Source of the DNA: Basidiobolus meristosporus CBS 931.73
Taxonomy: Eukaryota > Fungi > Basidiobolomycota
Direction of reading: 5' to 3'
Assembly: GCA_002104905.1 (NCBI GenBank)
Contig: MCFE01000214.1
Span: forward strand, 62,001 to 126,000
DNA: 64,000 bases
How positions within the stretch are numbered: position 1 is the stretch's first letter; each line of letters opens with the position of its first letter. The position numbers and the translations under genes were made by a program. Under the pieces are notes generated by a model. That model was not told where the DNA came from. It worked only from the letters and a program-made list of their open reading frames with translations, and did not search any database. Below, one piece after another: positions 10,380 through 23,299 of the stretch.

Positions 10380-12757
10380 TGAAGGGTGATAAGCTGTCTG
10401 CCCCATGGACAGGAATACTTTGATTCAATGCCACTGGAGAAGAGAAAAAAGACCATGTGGCTATTGCACCAAGCCTCTCAGCACTGAAGCATGCTGACAG
10501 CATAGGAAGTATTACAAAGATCACAAAACGTATTTTGCCATATAAGTCATATTTGACTATCCATCAGCAACTACTGTGCAATCAATATCTTGCTAGCCAC
10601 TTGATACTTCTATAACAGCACCTAGCCATAATTGCACCTTGCACAAACTGAGTCAGAAGAGTTTGTAACACCTTTAGGCTCACTTCAGCCTTCTGAGTAT
10701 AGTATGCTGAGTGATATCTCTGAAAAAGAAGGTTCACTAATGGATTGTGAGCCTATCTCTGCTCACAACAGTACTCTCAATTAGCCTGGCAAAATCCCAA
10801 AATGCAATGAGACTATGCCCATTGAAAAGAATGCCAAGGACACTTCATTGAGCCAGGTAAGCCCAGTAATCCATCTACCAGTGAATAATGTGATGTTGTG
10901 GCAAGAGAGGTGGTAGGTTTCCACAAATATTAGTATTGGTGGCTTTGAGGACTTACCACTACTTCTTGCTAGAATCATTCTAGGATGCAACTTACCATGT
11001 ATATGGTACAAATAGTCAACCATCATGCAGCTGGCAACATATGAACCAGTGACTGTCCTGATAGCAGCATGCTCCAACAGTTGCATGGCATTCACATCAG
11101 AAAATTCCACCATTGTAAGGTGTCCACCATGTAGGAATCCACCACCATAGAAGGAAAGCATTGTACACACTTTGGATATATTCCAGTAATACCCTGTCTA
11201 AAGAAGCTCATAAAGTTTAACAAATATTGTGAAGCTATAAAGTACTGCACTCAGTAACAATCAAGCACAAACATATCTAATAAATATTATGGCAGACATT
11301 GCAAATAACTAAAGAGCAAGGGCTAGTTTTAAGATATGCATGACAGTGCCTTTGCCTTGGCACTTGACAGATTCTCATTAAACAAGTACTCTACCAGCAA
11401 ATTCTGCTTGCACCAGATTCTCTGCAACCCAAGTCTACCACTTATCTTACAGTATCAGAGCAGAAATCTGATGGTAGTCTAACTGGTATCTGGTTCTAAA
11501 TTACTGTTCAACCTGGTCAGCTACCTGTATCCACTGTTGGGTATATATTGTATGCTTTCTGGTGTGGTGGTGTATAGGTCCAAGGGAGAGATACATTCAA
11601 CACTTCTCCAGTGTTTTGTGTGTGGGGTGCTCACTAGGTGCAATAACCTCTGGCAAAAGCTTGCTAGGAATACTTGGGCTCTGTCACTAATCTAATGGGA
11701 TGGGGAATAAAGCCACAAGTTTGTCAAGGGAAAACTATTGAGCAACAATCCCCAACTTAGTTAGTATCTTAATAAAAGTATGTGCTGGGTTCAGTGTCCT
11801 TTGAGATGACAATGTACTAAAGCTTCCAAAGTCACAACAACTGTAAACTCCACCAGCAGGGACTTGATCAGAATGCAGCTGTGGTCAATAGTTACAAAGA
11901 CAGAAAAGTATCTTTGCATGTACAAGAAAAAACTTGGGAAAGAATCAAATATAGTAAAAGATACCTACTCTGAGTGTTCCTTGCAAGTAGTGCCTTCAAG
12001 GTCAGTTGGCTATCAGTGTGGTTTCCTGGGAGTGTCCTGTGGTCTGGGGTTGGAAGTTCAGGTAGCAGCAGGTAGCAGTGATCACACTAATCAACAAGTT
12101 AGTATATTAATAAAAGGGATGTTGATTTATTGCTGAGGGATAGCCTCCCTTATATACTTTTCTTACTGACTAAGTGATCACAAATCATGGTGTTCCAGAA
12201 AGTTCTGGATATCAATAGAAATCTTAATGACATCACAATGACCTAAGAATATTCTAAGTATGTGCCAGAAGGTTCCAAGAGGCACAGCACATCCACCAAT
12301 TGGGAATCAGTATTATGAGACCTGTGTAACAAAGGGATAACATATATGGATGAAAATGGTAGGGATGGTGACACAGACTGGTCAGGTGCTGCTGGTACTG
12401 GCATGGGTACCTGCCTAATATAGAAGCACTTATAGCTAGTAATCTTACATAAAGTGAGGGATAATTTATGCAATAAGGTAAGCAGCTGTGAGAGTCAGCC
12501 AGCTTATGGGATAGTACTGATCAAGTAAGACAAATGGGATAAAACTAAAATAAGGGTAGTAGAGAAATACAGAAGTAGAAAATATAGGAATGAGCACATC
12601 TGTCAGTGGGTGTCACTGCAACCCCACTCACTGGTGGGGTACTAATAGATGGCAATGATATCAAAGCACACATTGTTATATGCATTGGAGATACCCCAGC
12701 TGTTGGCTGGCTTTTCTGGGTAGAATGGATGGTATTGCTGTCAAATGTGTGAGATCC
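10380..12757 (+). pseudogene. CACTA/EnSpm tnp2-type transposase pseudogene, interrupted by LTR-Y
   Basis: Conceptual translation gives CGYC..C..H, ACSNSCMAFT...RCPPC, FGYIPVIP.L, D.AFALALD.F, L.SG....NL.SYLYPLL and AHIVICIGDTPAV, all typical fungal tnp2 motifs. Confidence 0.8.
11563..12630 (+). mobile_element. Solo LTR-Y (1068 bp)
   Basis: TGTGGTGG...CCCCACTCA; 4 bp TSD CTGG (11559-11562, 12631-12634); the transposase frame resumes after it. Confidence 0.85.
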
Positions 12758-12759
12758 AC

Positions 12760-13729
12760 ACCTGCCACAATTTGCATACTTCTATCACCTCAGCTTTATG
12801 GCTTTTTGGTGTGATACTTGCAGAGTTGCCATATGCCTTGTATTGCTTGTGACACAAATGTATTGCAAACATATGCTTGGCTGCTGCCACTTCTGCCATG
12901 AATGCCTCCTCAATATCTGCAAGGAACATTTTGGTATTTAGCCAATATATTCCTTCTCCCTGCTGGACTCTAGTCCCCCTTATATGAGTGCTCTGGCTCT
13001 TGTTTGTGTGAATTCCATATTGAATGGTGTAGAAGTTGGCTTGTGACCAAGAAAACTCAGCATACCTTTGTAGAGTTTTCTTAGTAAAAATCAGTTGCTT
13101 GTTATACCCAACCCAACTTTGCAGTACTTAGCTGACTACCCACACATTGGGGCTGCTTAGCTTCTCAATGCCATAGGCATAGGTGTCTCCATGTGCACAT
13201 CTGTCCGCAGTATCTTCCAACTCTTCCTGGCTATCCTCCATGTGCCAACTCATCACATCCATGATGAACTTGAAGGTACTATTTTTGGTGAGATTGAGAT
13301 ATGGTGGAACCTGCTACTTGACTTGTCTTACTATCTCCCCACACATCCACTCCACAGTAAACTTCCAAAAGGTGAAGCAAGGCCCAATATTCTCTACACA
13401 CCAAGCAAGATGGAGCAGAGGATGGATATAGTAGTGACAGAGATCTACACCTTCAGCTTGATGTTTGTGGCATAGCTGCTCAAATCCTGTTACAAACTCC
13501 TTATACAACAGCTGTAGTTGTGTCAAGTTGGCATAAGTGATCTGCTTCTGGATAAATATTCCTACAATTTCCACATATGACTCCCAGAGCTACCAATGTA
13601 CTCTTGGTAGGAATGGCTTCAGAACACCACTTGAATCAATACATATCTAGCTCATCCAGTCTTTGCATTTGCATTGTTCTATATGCATATGAATATTGTT
13701 TGGAGCCTGTGAGAAGTACTTAGGGTAGT
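12760..13729 (-). pseudogene. C-terminal part of the tnp2-type transposase (inverted relative to 10380-12757)
   Basis: FVTGFEQL...LCHYYIHPLLHLAWCVENIGPCFTFWKFTVEWMCGEI matches the FE..Y..IH.LLHL..I...GP....W.F.MER.CG motif of tnp2/DUF4218-type regions. Confidence 0.75.
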
Positions 13730-14085
13730 AGACTTGTTCTGTTGGATAGTGCCACATTGAGCCATGAGTGCCAAATGATGCCATAGTGTGCCAGAGATGT
13801 AAAGTGAGCCTATACTTGGCCACCAAGTGTGAAACATAGCTCTGCATCTTCATGCAAAGCAGCCCCTGTGTTTCACCCATTGCGCAGGAGAAAATCCATT
13901 TTTTGACCTTTTTTTGTGGATCAATGTAGCTCAGGATGTGTAAGAGCACAGGAGAACTGAAGATATGCGTCTGGTACTCAATACCCATGGCACTCTGAAT
14001 CTAGCTCCTGTAGCTTGTATCATGTCACAAAAATGAATGGCACTCTCTTGGTCCACTGGTACTATCTGGCACAATATTTAAATAT
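13730..14085. mobile_element. Single arm of the hairpin MITE (other arm deleted)
   Basis: Starts AGACTTGTTCTGTTGGATAGTGCCACAT after AGT; colinear with 16584-16927. Confidence 0.85.
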
Positions 14086-14496
14086 TAGACCTAAAGTAAG
14101 ACCTAGGGACAAGCAGGTCAAAACAGATGCGTCAGAGCAGAATCCAGCAAGAAGAAAATGTAGTTCATTGCAAGAAGCACTCAGACAAAGTAGCAGTGAA
14201 AGACCTGGCAGTGAAAAAGTAAAAGGTAAAGGGAGAAATGTCTACCCAAGCCTGAGACAGGGAGGCATGTAGAAAAAGCTGCCGTTCTTGCCACTCAATG
14301 CTGCATGCCCAGAAAAGACTGAAGCCCATCACAGCCTGGAAGAACTACCAACAAGTAAACAGCTGTTTTCATAAGAGTTGGAAGCATAGCCAGTTGAGCA
14401 ATATTCCAGCAAGGTAGATGAGGTGCTAGGTCTTGCAGTGCCAGCTGAAGACCAGGACATGTGGGAACCAGTGAATGAACAGTTGTATAAAGCCAT

Positions 14497-15567
14497 TGCA
14501 GTGATGTATAGGTCCAAGGGAGAGATTTGTCCATCAATTCTCCAGTGTTTTGTGTGTGGGGTGCTCACTGCATGCAAAAACCACTGGCAAAAGCTTGCTA
14601 GGAATACTTGGGTTCTGTCTCTGATCTAATGTGATGGGGAATAAAGCCACAAGCTTGTCAAGGGAAAATTATTGAGCTACAATCCCCAACTTAGTTGGTA
14701 ACTTAACAAAAGTATGTGCTGGGTTCAGTGTCCTTTGAGATGACAATGTACTAAAGCTCCCAAAGTCAAAATAACTGTAAACTCCACCAGCAGGGACTTG
14801 ATAAGAATGCAGCTGTGGTCAATAGTTACAAAGACAGAAAAGTATCTTTGCCTGTACAAGAACAAACTTGGGAAAGAATCAAATATAACAAAAGATACCT
14901 ACTCTGAGTGTTCCTCACAAGTAGTGCCTCCAAGGTCAGTTGGCTGTCAGTGTGGTTTCCTGGGGGTGTCCTGTGGTCCAAGGTTGGAAGTTCAGGTAGC
15001 AGCAGGTAGCAGTGATTACACTAATCAACAAGTCAGTATATTGATAAAAGGGATGTTGATTTATTGTTGAGGGATAGCCTCCCTTATATACTTTTCTCAC
15101 TGACTAGGTGATTACTAATCATGGTGTTCTAGAAGGTTCCAGAGACCAATAGAAATCTTAATGACATCTGAATGAGCTAAGAGTATTCTGAGTAGGTGCC
15201 AGAAGGTTCGAAGAGGCACAGCACATCCAAACAATCAGGAATCAGTACTCTGAAACCTGTGTAACATAGGGAAACCATATATGGTATGGAAATGGTAGGG
15301 ATGGTGACATGGGTTGATCATATGTCATGGGTACTGGTGTGAGTTCTTGCCTAATATAAAAGCACTTGCATCATGTTAACACAAATGAGGTGAGGAATAA
15401 CTTATGCAATAAGGTAAGAAGCTATGATAGTCAACTGGCTTATGGGATAGCACTGATCAGGTAAGACCAATGGGATAAAACTAAAATAAGTGTAGTAGTG
15501 AAATAGGGAAGTAGAAACTATGGGAAGGAGCACATCTGTCAGTGGGTGTCACTGTGACCCCACTACA
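14497..15567 (+). mobile_element. Solo LTR-Y (1071 bp) inserted into ORF-X sequence
   Basis: TGCAGTGA...CCACTACA; 4 bp TSD CCAT (14493-14496, 15568-15571); the empty site matches uninterrupted copies at ~7630(-) and ~27200(+). Confidence 0.88.
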
Positions 15568-16583
15568 CCATTGTATTCCCACCAAAGTCATGGAAACAGA
15601 GTGTTACAGCAGAAGTACTTATTGAATGATGGATTTTAATGGAGTTACTAGCTGGGTGCATGGCTGCGCTCAATGTTAGTGTAGGGTACAGGGACTTGTG
15701 TAGGTCAATACAATTGGCAATGGAGGTACAACCCAAATTTCAATGGTAATAACTCAACTTGTACGCATGAAAAGTAAGAGAAATGGCTGTGTCCAGTATT
15801 AAGGAGTGTGAAAAAAAGGGAATAGCCAATCACTGCACACATAGGTAGGAAGTAATCAAGTGTTTGCGATCAGAAAGTGAGCAAATTGGCAAAGAACCAA
15901 TTAAAAGCCGCTTATGCATTGATGTTAAGGAAAATATTGATCAATTTTTTCTCCTCACAGTGTTTTTTTTGGCAATCATACCATTTAGTCATAGGACTTG
16001 CTTTTTATAGTGGCTATCTGATGGGATCATTATTTTGACTCTTCATGGGGCAGACTGGCAACTTATTTGCTGCCTGCATAAAAGTAAATGCAAAACAACA
16101 ACACTTCACAGTTTTGTACCCAATCAAGCATATATAGGTAAAAAACACAAACTCCAACAACTATAGGTGTATAGCAGTAATCTTTTCATCAGCATTATTG
16201 ATTAATGATGCTCAAGGATGGAGATCTAGAGTTGAAATGGAAACCTTTTGGAGGTTGTGTGAAGCCATAGGGCACAGTGTAAAAGATGACAATGCATGTG
16301 CTGCTCAAGAGTAGGAACCTTGTATTTGGAGAGAATCTAAATCTGAAGCCAATGGGGTCATTGCATAGATGCCTCAAGATGTGATAACCTTTATTGAGTT
16401 ATGAATATACCTAATACAGCCATATATGGACAAATTGCCAGTAGTTCCAGCGCCAATCTACATTATAGCATGGTAGGTTTGGTTTGCTGCCAAATATCTA
16501 GAATGGCTACAAATCTAGTACCATACTAATTATCTAGCGCATATGTTGAGAAGCTTAGAGTTACAATGGGCTAAGTGGCAATT

Positions 16584-17315
16584 AGACTTGTTCTGTTGGA
16601 TAGTGCCACATTGAGCCATGAGTGCCAATTGATGCCTTAGTGTGCCAGGGAGGCCAAGTGAGCCTATACTTGGCCACAGAGTGTGAAATATTGCTCTGCA
16701 TCATCATGAAAAGCAACCCCTGTGTTTCACTCATTGTACTGGAGAAATTCCATTTTTTTACCTTTTTTTTTGGATCAATGTTGTGCATGATGTGTGAGAG
16801 CACAGAAGAATTGAGGACATGCACCTGGTACTCAATACTGATGGACTCTGAGTCTAGCTCCTGTAGCTTGTATCAAGTCACAAAAATGAATGGCACTATC
16901 TTGGTCCACTGGTACTATCTGGCGCTATAAGTGCTTTGTATAGGTTTTACTCTAGGGCCAATATTTAAATACAGTGCCAGATAGCACCAGTGAACCAAGA
17001 TAGTGCCATTCATTTTTGTGACTTGATACAAGCTACAGGAGCTAGACTCAGAGTGTCATGGGTATTGAGTATTAGATGCATGTCTTCAGTCCTTCTGTGC
17101 TCATTGACATCCTGCACAATATTGATCCAAAAAAAAGGTCAAAAAATGAATTTTCTCCAGTACAATGAGTGAAAAACAGGGGGCACGTTGCATGAAGATG
17201 CAGAGCAATGTTTCACACTCTGTGGCCAAGTATAGGCTCACTTGGCCTCACTAGTACACTAAGGCATCAATTGGAACTCATGGCTCAATGTGGCACTATC
17301 CAATGGAACAGGTCT
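16584..17315. mobile_element. Complete hairpin (foldback) MITE, 732 bp, with PHIS-type termini
   Basis: Inverted arms of ~344 bp around a ~44 bp spacer; ends AGACTTGTTCTGTTGGATAGTGCC / GGCACTATCCAATGGAACAGGTCT; TSD ATT (16581-16583, 17316-17318). Confidence 0.92.
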
Positions 17316-17395
17316 ATTCAGTTGCAAGAGGGTGGCAAGATATTAAGGTATTTGATATCACTCAGTAGCTAAAACTACACATCTGTACTAGTATT

Positions 17396-20300
17396 TGTTG
17401 TAAAAATTTGTATTTCCACCTAAATATTCACCTAACTTAGTCACTTAGATCATTACCTTCAAATCCTAGAAAATACTGACCAAATTCCTTGTCGGGATTT
17501 ACTTAGAATATTTTCACCAAAATACCAGGTACCCAGAACATGAAAATTCTCAAAGTTGTCCAAACAGCCCCAAACTTTGCACACATGCTCTTGGGACCTT
17601 CCTTAACCTATTCTACGTGTTTGTAATGCCAAGACCAGGTAAAAGTATAAATACTACTTTTACATTCAATAAATCATTAAGTGAAAACCACATAATCTAC
17701 TTGTTCTCCAAATCACTTCCAATATCTCCAAGACTCTTACAACAGGTTATGAGCCCCAAGCTGTCACTCTCTGCAATGTCTACTACTGCTATTACTGGAA
17801 TTTTTCCCTCTGCTGAAAAGTTGGATGGATCTAACTACCAAGTGTGGAAGGTGAAGATGAAGATGCTGCTGCAAGAAAGAGGCCTTTGGGATATTGTCAT
17901 GGGAGAAGAATGCCCTCCTAAGAATGTGGGAGAGGAAGCCTTATAGTACCAGAAGAAAGAACAAAGTGCCTTTAACTGCATTTGCCTTAATGTCAAGGAC
18001 AAATTGCTAATTCAATGCTCAAGAGCAAAAACGGCAAAGAATGCCTGGAAAGCATTAGAAGACACCTACCAGTCATGTTCAGCTGCCAAGAAAATGTATC
18101 TGAGAAGAAAATTCTTTACTACAAAGATGCTGCCAGGAGAAGAAATGAAAAATCAATTTTACAGAATTACCCTGCTGGTAGATGAGATGGAATCTGTGGG
18201 CGTACCAACTACTGATGAGGATGTGATAGTTACCATCCTGAATAGCCTGACAGACGAGTTTCAGGGCCTTGTATCAGCTCTAGAGTCCAGAACTGAAGAT
18301 TTGACCTTAAATTACGTATATGGAAGGCTCCTGGATGAAGAATTAAGAAAATCAAGCGCCAATAAGAAGGAAGAAGAAAATGCTTTAATAAGCAATGATA
18401 ACCAACAAAGGAGGTACCCAAGACCCTACAAAGGCAACAGCAATCTATTTTGCAACTACTGCAAAAGCGAAGGACACACATCAGACTGGTGTTTCACAAA
18501 TAAAGATCATCAGCAAAGGAAGCCTGAATATGGAAATGCTGCAACAACTGAAGATAGACTATTCATATCTGCACTAAATATGACCACAAACAAGGATTCT
18601 CAGACGTGGTATATTGACTCTGGAGCTTCTCAACACTTTACACACCAAAAAGAACTTTTTACCCAATATCAAGAAATTCCAATTAAGAAGGTTTTCATGG
18701 GTGACGATAGAACACTTGATGCAGTGGGAGAAGGCACTATCCAAGTAAACCTTAGAAGCAGTGAAGGAAGCCATACACTGACCTTTAAAGAAGTACTCTA
18801 TGTACCAGAAATAGCCAAGAACCTACTCTCTGTAAGCAAGGCCACAGCAGAAGGACTCAGTTTCAGTTTTGACAATTCTGGATGCAGGATCACTGATCAA
18901 AATGGTGCTCATATTGCTTCGGGCATCAGAGATCAGAATCTATACAAGTTGACTTATATTCCATCATATCTGGAAGCCAATATAAGTAACTTAAATGAAG
19001 AAACACCAACGCTTTGGCACAGGATATTTGGACACATCAATTTTGATTATTTGTGTAAAATAATCAAAGATTAGCTAATTTCTGGAGTGAAAATTGATCC
19101 CCCAGCTAATTTGGAGCACTGTGAAGCCTGCATATATGGGAAACAAGCCAGACAACCGTTCAAGAGCTCTGGGTTAATCAAAACTAAGAAAAAATTAGAT
19201 CTAATTCACTCAGATCTGTGTGGACCTATGCAAAATTTATCCTTAGGCAGGATGAAGTATTTAATCACTTTTATTGATGATTATACAAGATACACATGGG
19301 TCTACTTCATGGAGAGAAAGAAAGAAGCTCTGTCTAAGTTCAGGGAGCTTAAAGCCATGGTGGAGAGAGAAACTGGTGAAAAAATCAAGAAAATACGCTC
19401 TGACAATGGTGGAGAATATACCTCAAAACTCTTCATCCACTTCTGCAAAATTCATGGGATAAAGCAAGAGACTACTGTACCATACTCCCCACAGCAAAAT
19501 GAAGTAGCAGAACAAGCTAACAGATCAATAAATGATATGGCAAGATCTATGATCCATGATCAAAAATTATCCTATGATTTTTGGGCGGAATCAGTTGCTA
19601 CTGCTGTATACCTTAAAAATAGGAGTTATAACAGAATACTTCGTGACTCTACTCCATTTGAAGCATGGTATGGATACAGATCAAGTGCAGAACATCTAAG
19701 AATATTTGGGTGTACAGCATATGCCAAAAAACTGGCCGGAAATCAGTCAAAATTTGAGCCAAAAAGTGTAAAATGCATATTTTTGGGCTACTGCAATAAG
19801 AGTAAGGCATACAGACTTTACAATACCAAAGCAAAGAAGCTTATCAAGTCCAGGGATGTGTTGTTTCATGAAAATTCAAAATTTTCACAAAAAATGACAT
19901 CAGATGATGACAAAAATTTGATCTCAAGTCCACCAATTGTCAGGATTGAATCAGAGCAAAACAATGAAAATTTTTTCACTCCAGAGGACTCTACAACTGT
20001 GGTTCAGCCAGAATCAGTGCCCAGGAATATCCCAGAAGTGATCATTCCAGTATCAAATGCCCGGAGATCAAATCGGACAAGAAATAGCCCAAATTACTAT
20101 ATTAATGAGGGTACAAACTTAGCCTATGCCTATTCAGTCCATATTGATGAACCCCAGACTGTAAAAGAGGCCCTAAATAGCCCTCAGACAAAGTTTTGGA
20201 GATCTGCAATGACTGAGGAATATCAGGCCCTGATGGAAAATCAAACTTGGGACTTAGTCAAATTACCAATCAACCAAAAATCAATTGGATGCAGATGGGT

Positions 20301-22079
20301 CTTCAAGACAAAGTACAAGGCTGATGGTTCAATTGAAAGATACAAAGCAAGACTTGTAGCCAAAGGATATTCTCAAACAAAAGGACTTGACTATACTGAG
20401 ACCTTTGCACCGGTAGCCAAGTTTAATTCCATCAGATTAATATTGGCTATTGCAGCCAAATATAAGTTTTTTATTCATCAAATGGATGTAAAAACTGTAT
20501 TTTTGAATGGAGAACTTGATGAGGACGTGTATATGGACCAGCCTGATGGGTTTGTTGACCAAGATAACCCCCATTTAATCTGCAAGCTTAAAAAGTCACT
20601 ATATGGTCTCAAACAATTGCCAAGAGCCTGGAATTGCAAGATAGATTCTTATTTGGAATCTTTGAGTTTCAAAAGGAGTAATGCTGACTATAGTATATAC
20701 TATAAGCCAGATAGAGCAAATCCAGTTCTATTAGCTCTATATGTAGATGATCTTATTATAGCCACCAATAACCTAGAAACATTGGAAGAGACTAAATCCA
20801 GCCTTTCTAAGGAGTTCAAGATGTCCAATCTAGGAGAACTCAGTTACTACTTAGGGATTAAGTTCTCCATAGACAGAAGTACCCAGACTATTACCCTAAG
20901 CCAATCCAAGTATATTCAAGATATACTAAAGAAGTACAAAATGGAAGACTGTAAACCGGCAGCTACCCCAATGGAGACAAACCTTAACTTGGTCAAAACT
21001 CAACCAAATCTAGAGAGCTTGGTGCCATCTGAAAGCCCTGACTTTCCTTATCAATCTATGGTCGGCAGTCTGATGTATATCATGCTTGGAACACGTCCAG
21101 ATATCTCATATTCAGTGGGAGTTGTCAGCCAACATAATCAGAATTATGGATCTGATCATATCGCAGCAGTTAAGCGATTTTTAGATACCTAAAAGGAACT
21201 GCTGATATCTGCTTAAGATACACTTATAAGGATTCAGAACAGGATCTTGTGGGATACTCTGATGCTGATTGGGGACGAAATTTAGAAGACAGAAGATCCA
21301 CCACAGGATACATCTTTCTTTACTGTAAAGGAGCAATTTCATGGAATTCAAGAAAGCAACCAACTGTAGCACTTTCTACTACAGAGGCAGAGTATATGGC
21401 AGCCTGTGAAGCTACAAAAGAAGCAATGTGGTTAAGAAAACTCTTAACAGATTTAGGCCTATGTCAAAAAACGCCTATTACTTTATTTCAAGATAATCAA
21501 GGATGTATACAATTAGGTAGAAATCCAACTTTTGATGCTAGAACCAAGCACATAGATATTAGACATCATTTCATACGTGAAGCTATAGAGAGTAACTTAG
21601 TTAGCTTAGTTTACTGTCCTACAGATGAAATGATTGCAGACATATTTACCAAACCATTAGCTAGAGACAAGTTTGAATATCTTAGGTCAAAATTAGGACT
21701 AGTCAGTATGAACATTTAGCTGAGTGGGAGTGTTGTAAAAATTTGTATTTCCACCTAAATATTCACCTAACTTAGTCACTTAGATCATTACCTTCAAATC
21801 CTAGAAAATACTGACCAAATTCCTTGTCGGGATTTACTTAGAATATTTTCACCAAAATACCAGGTACCCAGAACATGAAAATTCTCAAAGTTGTCCAAAC
21901 AGCCCCAAACTTTGCACACATGCTCTTGGGACCTTTCTTAACCTATTCTACGTGTTTGTAATGCCAAGACCAGGTAAAAGTATAAATACTACTTTTACAT
22001 TCAATAAATCATTAAGTGAAAACCACATAATCTACTTGTTCTCCAAATCACTTCCAATATCTCCAAGACTCTTACAACA
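17396..22079 (+). mobile_element. Full-length Ty1/Copia LTR retrotransposon (family A), recent insertion
   Basis: 349 bp LTRs (17396-17744, 21731-22079) with one mismatch; TSD GTATT; PBS GGTTATGAGCCC at 17745; PPT TGAGTGGGAG at 21721-21730. Confidence 0.97.
17776..21719 (+). pseudogene. gag-pol: Copia Gag-PR-IN-RT-RH polyprotein with two premature stops (17944-17946, 19072-19074) and a frameshift near 21180
   Basis: KLDGSNYQVWK; zinc knuckle CNYCKSEGHTSDWC; WYIDSGAS; GAG-pre-integrase LWHR..GH; IHSDLCGP / RSDNGGEY; QMDVKT.FLNG; LYVDDL; GYSDADWG; DNQG. Confidence 0.95.
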
Positions 22080-23299
22080 GTATTAGGCACTATAAGACTC
22101 GGCTACAGCTCTTACTTTGCCTCTTTTGTAAGTTCAGTAATCCTATGATTACTCACCAATATTCAAGATTAGGGTAGCACCTGTGGCCAACATTATGAGT
22201 TAATCCTGGGCTGTTACTTTGTACTCCAAAACATAGCAAAACTCTCCTAACTCAGTGCTACTGCTGTATTGTATCTACAAGTGATCAGATATTGAACTTG
22301 TTTTGGAATAAAATACAGCTCAATCATTATGAGAATTGCTGATTCAGTTCATCATATACAAGTACTAGGTAAGTTGCAACAAGTGTAAGTGCCAAGCAGC
22401 CTTATGATAGTTAAACAGCTTAATTAGTATTATTATCTCTTGCCATGATCTGTGCTTTCAAGTACTTCTTGAATTACAAAACATTATTTGCCCTGGTGCC
22501 AAAAGCAATATTAGTATTTGACTCTACCACCAAATAAAATGCCACAAGCATCTTTCCTGTAAAGTAGCAGTATAATAGGAGTAATAAGCTTAGGAGAAAT
22601 AAGAAGTTAATGCACCTTGATGAAAGAAATCATTGATATGCAGCACCAGGCAAAGAATATAAACCCAAGGCCTCCACAGAAGCAACTGATAAATTTCAAG
22701 AGAGAAAGCTCAAAGAAAATTCTATAATTGGAACCTACCAGATTCTCAGCTTGTATTCAGGGGTATATGTGACATATTTTGATGTTGCTCAGTAGTCCTT
22801 TTGCTGCAACTCTTCCGTTTGCATTTCTGATAGATGTAATCAGAGCTAAAGGTTAAATCTGGTATGACTACTTGTTGACCTCATCTCCCACTGGAATAAA
22901 AGTTGATGGGAAGGTTTGGGAAGGCTAAAGTTAAGCTGAAAATGCTGTAGTGCCCTGCAGGTCTTTTGTTGCATTAGTTTCTAGGTGAAAGAATGTTCTT
23001 GACATCTTTCAAGATTTACTCATTAGATATACTAATGTGTTTGGTACATTCAAGCCAGTTCAGGAATTGCCAGAGAAGATATTACTAAGAGTGACCCTTT
23101 TCCCTGTCTAAGCAGAATAAGTTGCAACTTGTCATACAACCACAGAAGCAGATTATTTAAGAAAGCTATTTATTGCCCTACCTCTTGCCCTACCTCTGGT
23201 ATCATTGTAGCTCATTAAAAACTTAGTGGACACTCCAATTTGTGCTTCATTAGTTGTAAATTTCACATAATGCAAGTGCCAGAAAATACCAAACACCAT

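Noticed and set aside
15540-15573. Hairpin plus CACTAC read as a Helitron 3' end or CACTA TIR
   Set aside because: TG...CA termini and exact 4 bp TSDs at two loci define it as the end of LTR-Y.
17617-17775. 5' extension of the gag ORF given by the ORF track
   Set aside because: It runs through LTR and PBS; the plausible start is ATG 17776, conserved at 60976 on the minus strand.
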